Below, one piece after another: positions 9,616 to 18,672 of a stretch of DNA of 64,000 bases; position 1 is the first letter of the stretch; the number at the start of each line of letters is the position of its first letter. The position numbers and the translations under genes are program-made. The notes under the pieces are model-generated. The model had not been told where the DNA came from, searched no databases, and saw nothing but the letters and a program-made list of their open reading frames with translations. The DNA is from a virus: IMG/VR virus record IMGVR_UViG_3300045988_148533, positions 1-64,000 of that record. One strand, given 5' to 3'.

Positions 9616-11259
9616 TTACTCACTCAGAATGAATCCAGTGAAGAATATCTTGGTTATCTCACTGTTCAGCACTACCTCGTATGTCACGTTGTAGTAATCC
9701 TGAACACGTGTTGCAACCACATTCTGGAATTTTACAATCAGGTTATCCTGATTCTCAGTAGCAACCCTCGTCTGGAGGAAGTTAATTGTCCATGTCTCAA
9801 GAGCACCCTTTGAAAGGGTATTGAGGTTGACACCGTTCTCATCACCCAGAAGGTCTATTTCAGCATTCACAACACACTCCTTGTTGAGCTGTGCTATGAT
9901 TCTCATGAACTGTATGCTGAAGGATTCCCCTTTCTTATTGTACAGGAGGCTGTTGTCCTGAAGAGTTGTTATGCCCTGAAGAACAACGAATCTTCCAAGA
10001 TAGGGGTTAGGATAAACCACCACAAGTCCGGCCTTAACAGCATTTTCCATTTCCTTCTCAGTAGGAATGTGCTGGAGCTTATCACCACCGATTGTCTTGT
10101 TTGTAACAGGTACATAGGGAGGTTTTCCACTCACACGACCAATGACCTGACACAAATTGTAGAATACACCCCACCATCTGATTCCGGAAGCTACCATGTC
10201 ACTTGCAGTACCAACACCGCCATGGACGCAGACGCACCACGCACTGTTGAAGCCCTTAGCCATAGTCAGAGACTTGTCATAGTTAGCCTTGTCTGCATAG
10301 GCAGCAGTGTAGACAAACTTGTCAAACTTCGCCTGAGTATTCCTGTGGGTTACTACTTTCTTGACAGTAGCACTGTCTCCATCAGCCTCTATCTGGTCTG
10401 TGAACACAATATTGTATTCCACGTCAGATATCTGCTTCAGGAGGTCATCTATGTCGGTAGGTTTGTAGTCCTCAGTTCCACCACTGAAAAGCTCATAACC
10501 GTCAGTCACGTCATCAGTAGCACTGAGCTCGTCAGTACCACCTGCCTCACTTGTGGAATCAAGAATAAATCTTGCTCCAAAATTAGCATCAGTCTGACAC
10601 CACTTAATCACCTCTGCAAGAGTGGTGCATTCAGGAGTCTGACAGATAAGCAGTGGCTCAGCCTGCTCAACTGTGAGCTCATCATAGGAGAGAACCACAC
10701 CTGTAACAGGGTCAGTGTAGTCACCTGTATAAGTTCCACGCCAGAACTTAATCACAACCGCTTCGGGGTTATCCTCTCCAGCCTCAACGGTATATGCGTA
10801 GCCATACTGAAGATGGTCTACATTAAGTTTTCCATTTGCATTGAGACCCTCATCCACTGTCTTAATTGTAAGAGTACCTCCGGCAGCTGGAGAGAATGTC
10901 ATAGATGCAGGGGTTGTAGTGCAGGCCCTTGCATAGAGAAGTTTACTGATACCTGTTGCATCAGCATTGTAGGGGTCTGGATTCCACAGGGCCTCAGCAG
11001 CCTTCCAGAACATACCTCCCTTCACAAAGTTACGGAAATCCTCAAGAGTCTGGAACGTGTACACGGCATCCTTGCCCTGCTTGTCAGTGCCGTTCACTCC
11101 GGAACCACCTCCGAATCCAGCACCGAATTTTCCAGTGTCTATGAGAAGAACTGTGCCGTAATCAAGCGAACGAGAAGCACTACTCTGACCCGAGGTGATA
11201 GTAGAATATACTCCGGGCAGAGTTCTCTGTTTTCCATTGAAATAAACGCTTGTCGCCAT
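9616..11259 (-). CDS. contractile tail sheath protein candidate
   Basis: 547 aa. First gene after a terminator and intergenic region, followed by the tube-sized ORF. Based on size and synteny. Confidence 0.6.
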   Translation of the reverse strand: MATSVYFNGKQRTLPGVYSTITSGQSSASRSLDYGTVLLIDTGKFGAGFGGGSGVNGTDKQGKDAVYTFQTLEDFRNFVKGGMFWKAAEALWNPDPYNADATGISKLLYARACTTTPASMTFSPAAGGTLTIKTVDEGLNANGKLNVDHLQYGYAYTVEAGEDNPEAVVIKFWRGTYTGDYTDPVTGVVLSYDELTVEQAEPLLICQTPECTTLAEVIKWCQTDANFGARFILDSTSEAGGTDELSATDDVTDGYELFSGGTEDYKPTDIDDLLKQISDVEYNIVFTDQIEADGDSATVKKVVTHRNTQAKFDKFVYTAAYADKANYDKSLTMAKGFNSAWCVCVHGGVGTASDMVASGIRWWGVFYNLCQVIGRVSGKPPYVPVTNKTIGGDKLQHIPTEKEMENAVKAGLVVVYPNPYLGRFVVLQGITTLQDNSLLYNKKGESFSIQFMRIIAQLNKECVVNAEIDLLGDENGVNLNTLSKGALETWTINFLQTRVATENQDNLIVKFQNVVATRVQDYYNVTYEVVLNSEITKIFFTGFILSE

Positions 11260-11333
11260 ATTCTAAAATGTTAATTAAATTTCTTTTACGATTGTAAAAA
11301 TACCAAAATCTTTAATATTAATTTTTTCTCATA

Positions 11334-11361
11334 TCAAAAGGGGTGTGAATAACCACACCCC
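11334..11361 (-). terminator. rho-independent terminator after the giant repeat gene
   Basis: Minus strand reads GGGGTGTG-GTTATT-CACACCCC followed by TTTTGATATG. Stem arms at 11340..11347 and 11354..11361. Confidence 0.65.
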
Positions 11362-11380
11362 TCTTCCCAAAACACACACT

Positions 11381-11579
11381 TTATGAAAGTTCCCAGTTCA
11401 CATTGGATGAAACTGTAAATGTCTTGTTAGATGCACTGTTGTCATACTCCAGTGTGGTAGGTGATACATCCAGATAATTAACCTTAGCTACAAGTGTCAC
11501 AGCAGTAGACACCTCAAATGTGTACTCTGCACTGCTGCTAACCAACTCATCACCCTTGTACCAACCGACAAACGCATCA
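11381..11579 (-). repeat. C-terminal module repeat, copy 1 (199 bp)
   Basis: Identical to 15041..15239 except for one synonymous mismatch (11405 g versus 15065 t), by hand alignment. Confidence 0.9.
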
Positions 11580-14500
11580 GCCGAATTCTTCTTAGTGCAT
11601 GAAACTGTAACAGTGTCACCATAGTCATAGGTTCCACCACCGCTGACAGTCGCTCTATCACTCGGATTTGCCGATACAGAGATGGTATAGCTTCGCAGTG
11701 TCCTTGTAGCCTTGGCCGTGTAGGTTGCTGCTGCTGTGACGTTAGTAGGAGCATAGGCAGCTGCTGTTGTCACTCTTGAACCACTTGCATTGTACCAACC
11801 ACTCAGTGAATATGAATATTGAGCGGTTGTCGTCATTGCCGTAGCGGTTGAACCGGAAGCATTACCACCGTGAGCAACCCTCTCTGAAGTTCTACTAATA
11901 GTATTGATATAATCACCCTTGACATAGGTGATGGTATAATATTTCTTAGTAAACCTTGCATAGACTGTCTTGTTTGCTGTGATGTCCGTAATGGTATAGG
12001 AAGCACTTGAACTCAATAGACTGCCTCCAGAAGCACCTGCCGAATACCAACCATCAAAGGTGTATCCAGTGGCCGCTGACGCGGTGACTTTCTTATCTGA
12101 ACCATAATTTACAGTTCCTCCTCCGGAAACAGTTCCTCCGGTGGTTCCTGAGGTATAATTGCCTGTGCCGTCAGTGGTACGGTAATAGGCATTCACCGTA
12201 ACTGTAAATGTCTTGATTGTTGCACGTGCCTGATAAGTAGCATTTGCAGTAACATTTGTCGGTGCGTAAGTAGCTGAAGTTGATACCCTTGAACCACCTG
12301 AATTATACCATCCGCTGAAGTTATATCCAGTAGACACAGTAGCGGTTGAACCCAGTGCAGTATCACCATATTCAACTGTTTCAGAAGCCCTTGAAACACT
12401 TGCTATACCTGTTCCCTTGGTGTAGGAAATGGTATATGTGTTCACCTTATATTCGGCAGTGTAAGTAGCATTTGCAGTCACGGTTATCTGACGGGAAGCT
12501 GTTGTCACACCGTCTGACCATCCTGTAAATGTCTTTCCTGTAATAGTGGAAGCTGTAATCGTTACTTCTGTACCGTAGTCATACGTACCACTTCCGGAAC
12601 CATTTACAACAGTAATAGTGTACTGTCTTGTTGTAGCTGTGCCTCGTGCCTCAAATGACCTGTTTGCCGAAATATTTGAAACACTCAACGCAAGATTTGA
12701 ACTTATCTTACTGCTACCTTCATACCAACCACTAAATGAGTAGGTGTATTGAGCCGTCGTTGCAGGAAGTTTGGCTGTACAGGTTGCAGTGCCACCATAA
12801 GTCACTGTTTCACTCGTTTTGCTAATGGATGCAACATTGGCATTCTTAGAGTAAGAAATTGTATATTTATTAATTGTCGCTGAAGCCGTAATCGTCACAT
12901 TTGACTTCACCCCTGTAAGCGTTGCCACACCGCTTGCAACTGATATGGAAGCTGTACCACTTGTGAGAGTCCATGTAGGTGAATTGTATCCCGTAGCCGC
13001 TGTCGCAGTAGGAGACTTCACAGTACCATTATATGCCACTCTCGTGCTGCTGCTGCTAAGAGTATTGACTCCAGTACCCTTTGCAAATGTAACAGTGTAC
13101 CACCGTTTCTGGAATCGTGCATATACCGTCACTGCTGCTGTAACGGAATTTATCACATAGGATGCTGAAGTACTCAACTGTTCTCCACCTGAATTATACC
13201 AACCGCTGAAGCGGTATCCAGTCTTGGCTTCTGCCGTAAGTGTAACCTCATCTCCATAGTCATAGGTTCCACCACCTTTAACAATACCTCCTGTCGTACC
13301 TGTCGTGAATGAACCTGTACTGTCAGTATCACGATACTGCGCTGTACCTGTAACGACAAACGTCTTTATTGAAGCCTTGGCCGTGTAGGTTGCGCTCGCA
13401 GTAACATTTGCAGGCTTATATGTCAGTGAAGTACTTACCTGATTTCCACTCGCATTGTACCAACCACTGAAATTATATCCTGTTGTCAGTGTTGCCGTAG
13501 AACCCTGAGCCGTAGCACCGTAGTTCACAGTCTCTGAAGCCCTGCTTACGCTCGCAATTCCAGTGCTCTTTGCATAGGTAACTGTAAACGACTTGATTGT
13601 AAATGTAGCTGTGTAAGTTGCAGCTGCCGTAACATTGCTGACAGTAATCGTAGTGTCTGTTTCACCGTTGCTCCATTTAGTAAAGTTATACCCTGTTGAA
13701 GGGGTGGCCTTTGAGGAAGCACTGCCTCCATACTGTACCCTCTGCGAAGTAGGTGAAACTGTACCACCTTTTCCAGCAGCAAATGTAACTGTAAACCATT
13801 TCCTCTGGAATCTTGCAGTAAGTGTCTTGTTTCCGGTAGCTGTAAACTGATAGGAGGCACTTGATGACTGCAATGAAGTCCCGCTGTACCACCCATCAAA
13901 TTCATATCCTGTCGTCGGAGTTGCCTTAGCGGTAACGCTCGAACCATGCGTGTATGTACCACCTCCAGAAACAGTTCCACCTGTCGTGCCGGAGGTATAG
14001 TCACCGCTCTCATTAACACGATACTGAGCCGAAAGTGTAACAGTGTATTTCTTGAGCTCAAACACCGCCTGAACAGTTCTATTCTTTGTAATCTGCCACC
14101 CACTGCTTGGATTCGCAGTATATTCATTGCCCTCTTCATTAACAAACTTGACAAAGTCATACCCTGTTGAAGGGGTGGCTGTCAATGTCACAGAAGAACC
14201 ATAGTCATACGTACCACTTCCAGAGACAGTTCCACCTCCAGTAGGAGTAACCGTCACTGTCATGGTGTATCTGTTCAAAGTTCTCTTTCCGGTGGCCGTA
14301 AATGTTCTGTCAGACTTAATATTCTCAACACTTAAAGCCAGCGAAGTGGATATTCTGGTACTTCCTTCATACCACCCATCAAAACTGTAAGTATATTGAG
14401 CTGTATTCGCCGGAAGAGTGGCTGTACACGTAGCCGTGCCTCCGTAGTTGACAACCTGAGAAGTCCTGCTGATAGTATTTACATAGGAACCTTTGCTGTA

Positions 14501-15019
14501 CACCACGTCATAGGTGGATGTAGCCTGAGTGACTGTTACCTCCACCGGACTGCATCCATTCGCTGTAACATTAAACTTTCCAGTCCTCTGTCCTACTGTA
14601 TTCTTAGGTACTGTAACAACAGCCGACCACGAATACTGAGCTGATGCTCCGGGGTCATTAGGAATGGCACTTCCAGTCGTTACGGCTGTTGAATTCACCT
14701 TTACTGTATCAGGAAAGGTAAATGTTATACTGCTTCCGCTTACTGCCGAAAGCCCTATTGATGTGGCATTTGAAGTACCACTCACTGTAATGGTGGTAGA
14801 ATTCTCCCCAACACTGAAAGTCTTTGTATTCACGGATAGGAATACAGGCTTTGGCTCCTGTGATACTTGATACGACTTCGCAGCTTCCACTCCGGTGGCG
14901 ACTCCTGTCACGGTCGTTGTCCTCTGGACACGACCTGTATGCACCGTTCCAGTGTTCTGGACCGTTGCATTTCCCTGACCTGATTGAGGCTCAACTGTGA
15001 GCCATGCTGCTTTTGCCAT
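11381..15019 (-). CDS. giant surface/adhesin-like protein: BACON-like N- and C-terminal modules flanking about 13 Listeria-Bacteroides (Flg_new-type) repeats
   Basis: 1212 aa. N-terminus LTVEPQSGQGNATVQNTGTVHTGRVQRTTTVTG. The motif Y.F.GWY recurs roughly every 70-90 aa (FDGWYEGS, FSGWYNAS, FSGWYNSG, FVGWYKGD and others). C-terminus LDVSPTTLEYDNSASNKTFTVSSNVNWELS. Confidence 0.7.
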   Translation of the reverse strand: MAKAAWLTVEPQSGQGNATVQNTGTVHTGRVQRTTTVTGVATGVEAAKSYQVSQEPKPVFLSVNTKTFSVGENSTTITVSGTSNATSIGLSAVSGSSITFTFPDTVKVNSTAVTTGSAIPNDPGASAQYSWSAVVTVPKNTVGQRTGKFNVTANGCSPVEVTVTQATSTYDVVYSKGSYVNTISRTSQVVNYGGTATCTATLPANTAQYTYSFDGWYEGSTRISTSLALSVENIKSDRTFTATGKRTLNRYTMTVTVTPTGGGTVSGSGTYDYGSSVTLTATPSTGYDFVKFVNEEGNEYTANPSSGWQITKNRTVQAVFELKKYTVTLSAQYRVNESGDYTSGTTGGTVSGGGTYTHGSSVTAKATPTTGYEFDGWYSGTSLQSSSASYQFTATGNKTLTARFQRKWFTVTFAAGKGGTVSPTSQRVQYGGSASSKATPSTGYNFTKWSNGETDTTITVSNVTAAATYTATFTIKSFTVTYAKSTGIASVSRASETVNYGATAQGSTATLTTGYNFSGWYNASGNQVSTSLTYKPANVTASATYTAKASIKTFVVTGTAQYRDTDSTGSFTTGTTGGIVKGGGTYDYGDEVTLTAEAKTGYRFSGWYNSGGEQLSTSASYVINSVTAAVTVYARFQKRWYTVTFAKGTGVNTLSSSSTRVAYNGTVKSPTATAATGYNSPTWTLTSGTASISVASGVATLTGVKSNVTITASATINKYTISYSKNANVASISKTSETVTYGGTATCTAKLPATTAQYTYSFSGWYEGSSKISSNLALSVSNISANRSFEARGTATTRQYTITVVNGSGSGTYDYGTEVTITASTITGKTFTGWSDGVTTASRQITVTANATYTAEYKVNTYTISYTKGTGIASVSRASETVEYGDTALGSTATVSTGYNFSGWYNSGGSRVSTSATYAPTNVTANATYQARATIKTFTVTVNAYYRTTDGTGNYTSGTTGGTVSGGGTVNYGSDKKVTASAATGYTFDGWYSAGASGGSLLSSSASYTITDITANKTVYARFTKKYYTITYVKGDYINTISRTSERVAHGGNASGSTATAMTTTAQYSYSLSGWYNASGSRVTTAAAYAPTNVTAAATYTAKATRTLRSYTISVSANPSDRATVSGGGTYDYGDTVTVSCTKKNSADAFVGWYKGDELVSSSAEYTFEVSTAVTLVAKVNYLDVSPTTLEYDNSASNKTFTVSSNVNWELS
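14888..15019 (-). repeat. N-terminal module repeat, copy 1 (132 bp)
   Basis: Identical to 16826..16957 by hand alignment. Encodes MAKAAWLTVEPQSGQGNATVQNTGTVHTGRVQRTTTVTGVATGV. Confidence 0.9.
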
Positions 15020-15040
15020 AAAATATTGTTAATAAATTAA

Positions 15041-15239
15041 TTATGAAAGTTCCCAGTTCACATTTGATGAAACTGTAAATGTCTTGTTAGATGCACTGTT
15101 GTCATACTCCAGTGTGGTAGGTGATACATCCAGATAATTAACCTTAGCTACAAGTGTCACAGCAGTAGACACCTCAAATGTGTACTCTGCACTGCTGCTA
15201 ACCAACTCATCACCCTTGTACCAACCGACAAACGCATCA
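15041..15239 (-). repeat. C-terminal module repeat, copy 2 (199 bp)
   Basis: See 11381..11579. Confidence 0.9.
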
Positions 15240-15574
15240 CCGCTCTTGACATTACATTTAACAGTAATATCCTCTCCAATATATCCAGTGCCGGAAGCTG
15301 TGGCTCCAGCAGTACCGCTGCCAACCTGAACGGTTGCTCTCTCTTTAACAGAATCATCAACCGATACCGAAATGGTGACTGTACCCCTCTGAACATCCTT
15401 CTGTCTAACAAAGGCAGTATCAGTGTATCCCTCAAGAGGTGACGCCAAAAAACGTCCTGTGGCCACAAGGTCTTTCTTACGGACAAAATAATTAGCAGCT
15501 ACACCAATGTCTTCAACGGTTATACCTGCAATAGAAGCTGCTTCTGAAGCCTTTGTAAAAGATGTCTCTGCCAT
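15041..15574 (-). CDS. 177-aa protein sharing its C-terminal 66 aa (one Listeria-Bacteroides repeat plus a BACON-like end) with the giant protein
   Basis: ORF track. C-terminus GDAFVGWYKGDELVSSSAEYTFEVSTAVTLVAKVNYLDVSPTTLEYDNSASNKTFTVSSNVNWELS is identical to the end of 11381..15019. Confidence 0.75.
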   Translation of the reverse strand: MAETSFTKASEAASIAGITVEDIGVAANYFVRKKDLVATGRFLASPLEGYTDTAFVRQKDVQRGTVTISVSVDDSVKERATVQVGSGTAGATASGTGYIGEDITVKCNVKSGDAFVGWYKGDELVSSSAEYTFEVSTAVTLVAKVNYLDVSPTTLEYDNSASNKTFTVSSNVNWELS

Positions 15575-15588
15575 AATCCACCCTCCAA

Positions 15589-16053
15589 TTAATCAGTTGT
15601 ATCACCTGCTCCGGCCTGAGCATCGACAAACTTAGTAAAGACAATGCTGCTTGCAACAGTGTTGATTTTATCGACAACGTCCTGACCTGAAACCTTGGGC
15701 CACACCTTACTTTCAATAGTGGAATAGTTACTGTCAGAAAATTTACCTACAATACCATCTCCTGAAAGTTTCCCAAGAATACCATCCTCTGTCAGTATTC
15801 CAAGAATGCCCTTCTCCGTCAGTATTCCAAGAATGCCCTTCTCCGTCAGTTTCCCAAGAATGCCAGCCTCTGTCAGTTTCCCAAGAATGCCAGCCTCTGT
15901 CAGTTTCCCAAGAATGTCATCCTCACTTATCTTACTCCAAAACGCACTCTTATCAATATCTGCCATCATGGAATCAGGGTCAGCCTTCCAGTTCTGAACT
16001 ACTGTAAGCAGTTCATCAACCGTTGCACCTGTAAATTTTGATTGATATGCCAT
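15589..16053 (-). CDS. 154-aa protein with tandem nonapeptide repeats (GILGKLTEx)
   Basis: ORF track. Repeat run ILGKLTEAGILGKLTEAGILGKLTEKGILGILTEKGILGILTEDGILGKLSGDGIVGKFSD. Confidence 0.7.
   Translation of the reverse strand: MAYQSKFTGATVDELLTVVQNWKADPDSMMADIDKSAFWSKISEDDILGKLTEAGILGKLTEAGILGKLTEKGILGILTEKGILGILTEDGILGKLSGDGIVGKFSDSNYSTIESKVWPKVSGQDVVDKINTVASSIVFTKFVDAQAGAGDTTD
15764..15925 (-). repeat. six tandem 27-nt repeats inside a CDS
   Basis: Unit boundaries at 15764, 15791, 15818, 15845, 15872 and 15899. Units 2 and 3 are identical, as are units 4 and 5. A degenerate seventh unit lies just upstream in plus-strand coordinates. Confidence 0.85.
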
Positions 16054-16057
16054 ATTC

Positions 16058-16306
16058 TTACTCCTTTAATACTCCAAATGATTGATTAGTGGAATCTAAA
16101 AATTCAGTACCATCCTGCTGTAAAAACGGCTCTCGCATACCGAGATGTGTAACTGTAAGAGTCTTGGACAGGGGCAATGTGCCCTCAGCAACCTTGACAG
16201 TAATCTGCATCTCTCTATCGTATCCCTCATTAGGAAAAGAAGAAGCCAAAGGCTGCACTGACACAGCCTTTGAACTTCTTTTCGTGCTTCTTCTTTTCGC
16301 AGCCAT
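16058..16306 (-). CDS. small hypothetical protein (82 aa), basic N-terminus
   Basis: ORF track. Packed between 16053 and 16310. Confidence 0.55.
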   Translation of the reverse strand: MAAKRRSTKRSSKAVSVQPLASSFPNEGYDREMQITVKVAEGTLPLSKTLTVTHLGMREPFLQQDGTEFLDSTNQSFGVLKE

Positions 16307-16309
16307 AAC

Positions 16310-16957
16310 CTATGACAATGTCCAAGAAGCATTCGAGATAATACCAATGGATACTGCCGAACCGTCTGCCTCCATCTGTATGGACTCCTGAGAGAATGCA
16401 AATGTAGGGTCTCCAGCCGACTGCTTAATCTGAATTTGACCTGTCTGGCCTCCAGTGGTTGTCACCTTCAGAGCAGACGTCAATTCTTTGATGGAAGTGT
16501 TAGCTGGAATACCTGTGAATTCAACCGTGAAAGCATACTCTTGAGTAGCTCCGGGGTCTCCGGTAATCTCAACACCATTTTCAGTGGAAGCACCGCCAGC
16601 ATCATAACTGTCAGGTAAGCTAAGGTTAAGACCACCCTCCACAATACCAGAAGTACCATCGTCATCACTAATGGAGACAATTTCGAAAGTCAGCTTGCTC
16701 GAATTGGACTTACCCTTAACGGACAAACTGCCACCAGCCTTACCGACAGTAATCTCAGCACCGTTGTCAAAGCTAACGAATTCCGGTTTAGCTTTCTGAA
16801 TTACTTCATAAGTTTTGTTAGGAGTCACTCCGGTGGCGACTCCTGTCACGGTCGTTGTCCTCTGGACACGACCTGTATGCACCGTTCCAGTGTTCTGGAC
16901 CGTTGCATTTCCCTGACCTGATTGAGGCTCAACTGTGAGCCATGCTGCTTTTGCCAT
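16310..16957 (-). CDS. 215-aa protein with the same BACON-like N-terminal 44 aa as the giant protein and a BACON-like C-terminal end
   Basis: N-terminus identical to 11381..15019. C-terminus FAFSQESIQMEADGSAVSIGIISNASWTLS. Confidence 0.75.
   Translation of the reverse strand: MAKAAWLTVEPQSGQGNATVQNTGTVHTGRVQRTTTVTGVATGVTPNKTYEVIQKAKPEFVSFDNGAEITVGKAGGSLSVKGKSNSSKLTFEIVSISDDDGTSGIVEGGLNLSLPDSYDAGGASTENGVEITGDPGATQEYAFTVEFTGIPANTSIKELTSALKVTTTGGQTGQIQIKQSAGDPTFAFSQESIQMEADGSAVSIGIISNASWTLS
16826..16957 (-). repeat. N-terminal module repeat, copy 2 (132 bp)
   Basis: See 14888..15019. Confidence 0.9.
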
Positions 16958-16984
16958 ACTACAACAAGATTTTAAATTACCTTA

Positions 16985-16992
16985 CAAAATTA
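16985..16992 (-). promoter_or_regulatory. Bacteroidota-type -7 box (TAATTTTG)
   Basis: Minus strand TAATTTTG, 27 nt upstream of ATG 16957. Matches the TAnnTTTG consensus. Confidence 0.5.
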
Positions 16993-17012
16993 AATATTAT
17001 GCTTGAACCTAC

Positions 17013-17900
17013 CTACTCCAATTTCCAAGGAACAATAGATTCTATCTTCTGTTCACCCTTATCCTCATCATTCAGCCACACGTAAGGTGTGCCGAACTTG
17101 AACATCTCGTCTGACTCAAGATACAGCTTCCAGTCAGTGTTACTGAATATCTTCTGTTCGCCCTTTAAGGTAATGTCATCAAGCCAGACATAAGGCCATC
17201 CAAACTCAAAATAAAGTGTCTTTTCGGGTTCCGGTTCAACCCAGTTAGGGTCTGAATCAACAGGAATGGGTCTTTCAAAGCAGAACTTCTTCACAAGCTC
17301 CGGCCTTATAATAGAGGGGAAGTCAGGTATATCCTGCACTTCAACAACTATATTCTTTATCAACAATGGCTGCGGAAACACACTGTTCTCAGCTATCAAT
17401 TCTGAGCAGCTGAAATTGAAAGAGTTAAATTCTTCCTCAAAGGTATTTCTTGCTCCTGTGAACAGTGCATACAAAACTTCACTTATAAGTATTGACTCCA
17501 ATGAATTATCACTGAAGCACATCAATTCTATGCGACATTCAATAGGATGCCTAAACCCCTCACGAGCATATTCCGGCACGCCAAACTCATCCACAGGTGC
17601 AAGGCCAAAGCCTCCTATCGGAGCTGGAGAACCACCCTTATTGGACTCCCTCACTACAATGCACGGAATATGTGACTTGTCCTTTGGGTATTCCATTGTT
17701 GTGTGTATCTTCCTTGGACTCACTGCTTTCCTGAGAAATATATCCTTTGCCTGTTCATAGAAGTCAAAGGAGCCGTCACGAACCCCCCATAGAATATGAT
17801 ATAGGAAGGACTGTGTTTCGGGTACGGATTCAAAGTCATTCTGTATATATTCCAGAAGACCGTCAACTATCTGCTTTATTCTCTGAATCAATATTAACAT
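17013..17900 (-). CDS. hypothetical neck/tail-module protein (295 aa)
   Basis: ORF track. The C-terminus carries a duplicated ~30-aa unit (F.FG.PYVWL.D...GEQKI.S...WKL, two copies). Confidence 0.65.
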   Translation of the reverse strand: MLILIQRIKQIVDGLLEYIQNDFESVPETQSFLYHILWGVRDGSFDFYEQAKDIFLRKAVSPRKIHTTMEYPKDKSHIPCIVVRESNKGGSPAPIGGFGLAPVDEFGVPEYAREGFRHPIECRIELMCFSDNSLESILISEVLYALFTGARNTFEEEFNSFNFSCSELIAENSVFPQPLLIKNIVVEVQDIPDFPSIIRPELVKKFCFERPIPVDSDPNWVEPEPEKTLYFEFGWPYVWLDDITLKGEQKIFSNTDWKLYLESDEMFKFGTPYVWLNDEDKGEQKIESIVPWKLE

Positions 17901-17901
17901 A

Positions 17902-18672
17902 TCACAACTGTTCTAAAAAGTTATCAATAGCCATATCAGCAACTGTCTCTATCTGAGAGGCTTCCAATGCCTTATCCATAAATAAACGTGCTTCAAATCC
18001 GGGATGAATCCAGCTCAATACATCACTGTTATTGCTTACCCTGCGAAATGTGAAATACCCTCCACGATTCTCATTCTTGGTAGAACTGATATCCATTCTA
18101 ACCAACCCTTCAAATTTCGGCGATTTATGGACGTATTCTGGAATAACACCCTTATCAGTCATAAGTGCCTTACGCCTGCCCAACTGAGCAAACTGCTCCG
18201 GCAATTGACTCCGTCTAACCCTGCTTCCACCATTGCTCTTAACAATATTGAATATTTCCTGAGGCAGCTTACCTTGAAAGGACATTGATTCCGCAACAGC
18301 AGTAGGGGTGGCGTACCTAAATGGGATGGTCAAATACCACCCTCCACCCAGTGTTGTCTTTCTCTTAGGAGAATTCTTGAACCCTTCCTTAATATCAAAC
18401 GGTGGCTTACCTTCCTCTATTGCAAGTGCAAGCCCATCCTCTCCGGGAGCCAGACCAAATTCCACTGTCGTGGAACTGTCCCTGTTGATATACATAGCGG
18501 ACTTGTATAACTTCCGCAGCTGCTTCAAGTTATCATTCACAAGCCCTTCCCATTTTCTGGAATATTCAGCTACTATTCTGTCAATTATCTCACTGCCAAG
18601 AGCTTCAGCCTGCCCCTCGCTAAGATTGAATTCATCAACCACTTCACTGATATCCAAATGAATAGGAACCAT
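17902..18672 (-). CDS. hypothetical head-tail joining region protein (256 aa)
   Basis: ORF track. Tightly coupled with its neighbours. Confidence 0.65.
   Translation of the reverse strand: MVPIHLDISEVVDEFNLSEGQAEALGSEIIDRIVAEYSRKWEGLVNDNLKQLRKLYKSAMYINRDSSTTVEFGLAPGEDGLALAIEEGKPPFDIKEGFKNSPKRKTTLGGGWYLTIPFRYATPTAVAESMSFQGKLPQEIFNIVKSNGGSRVRRSQLPEQFAQLGRRKALMTDKGVIPEYVHKSPKFEGLVRMDISSTKNENRGGYFTFRRVSNNSDVLSWIHPGFEARLFMDKALEASQIETVADMAIDNFLEQL

Noticed and set aside
10069-11274. 401-aa plus-strand ORF
   Set aside because: It is fully antisense to the sheath-sized minus-strand gene in a uniformly minus-strand operon, and its composition is Ser/Cys/Leu-rich. It is treated as a shadow ORF. The same reasoning applies to 372..677, 790..972, 17266..17760, 22206..22790, 23072..23722, 28125..28532 and 31729..32199.
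13546-14160. 204-aa alternative-frame minus-strand ORF inside the giant repeat gene
   Set aside because: It lies in a different frame of a gene whose main frame shows a clear domain periodicity. The low stop frequency is a by-product of repetitive Thr/Gly/Ser codons.
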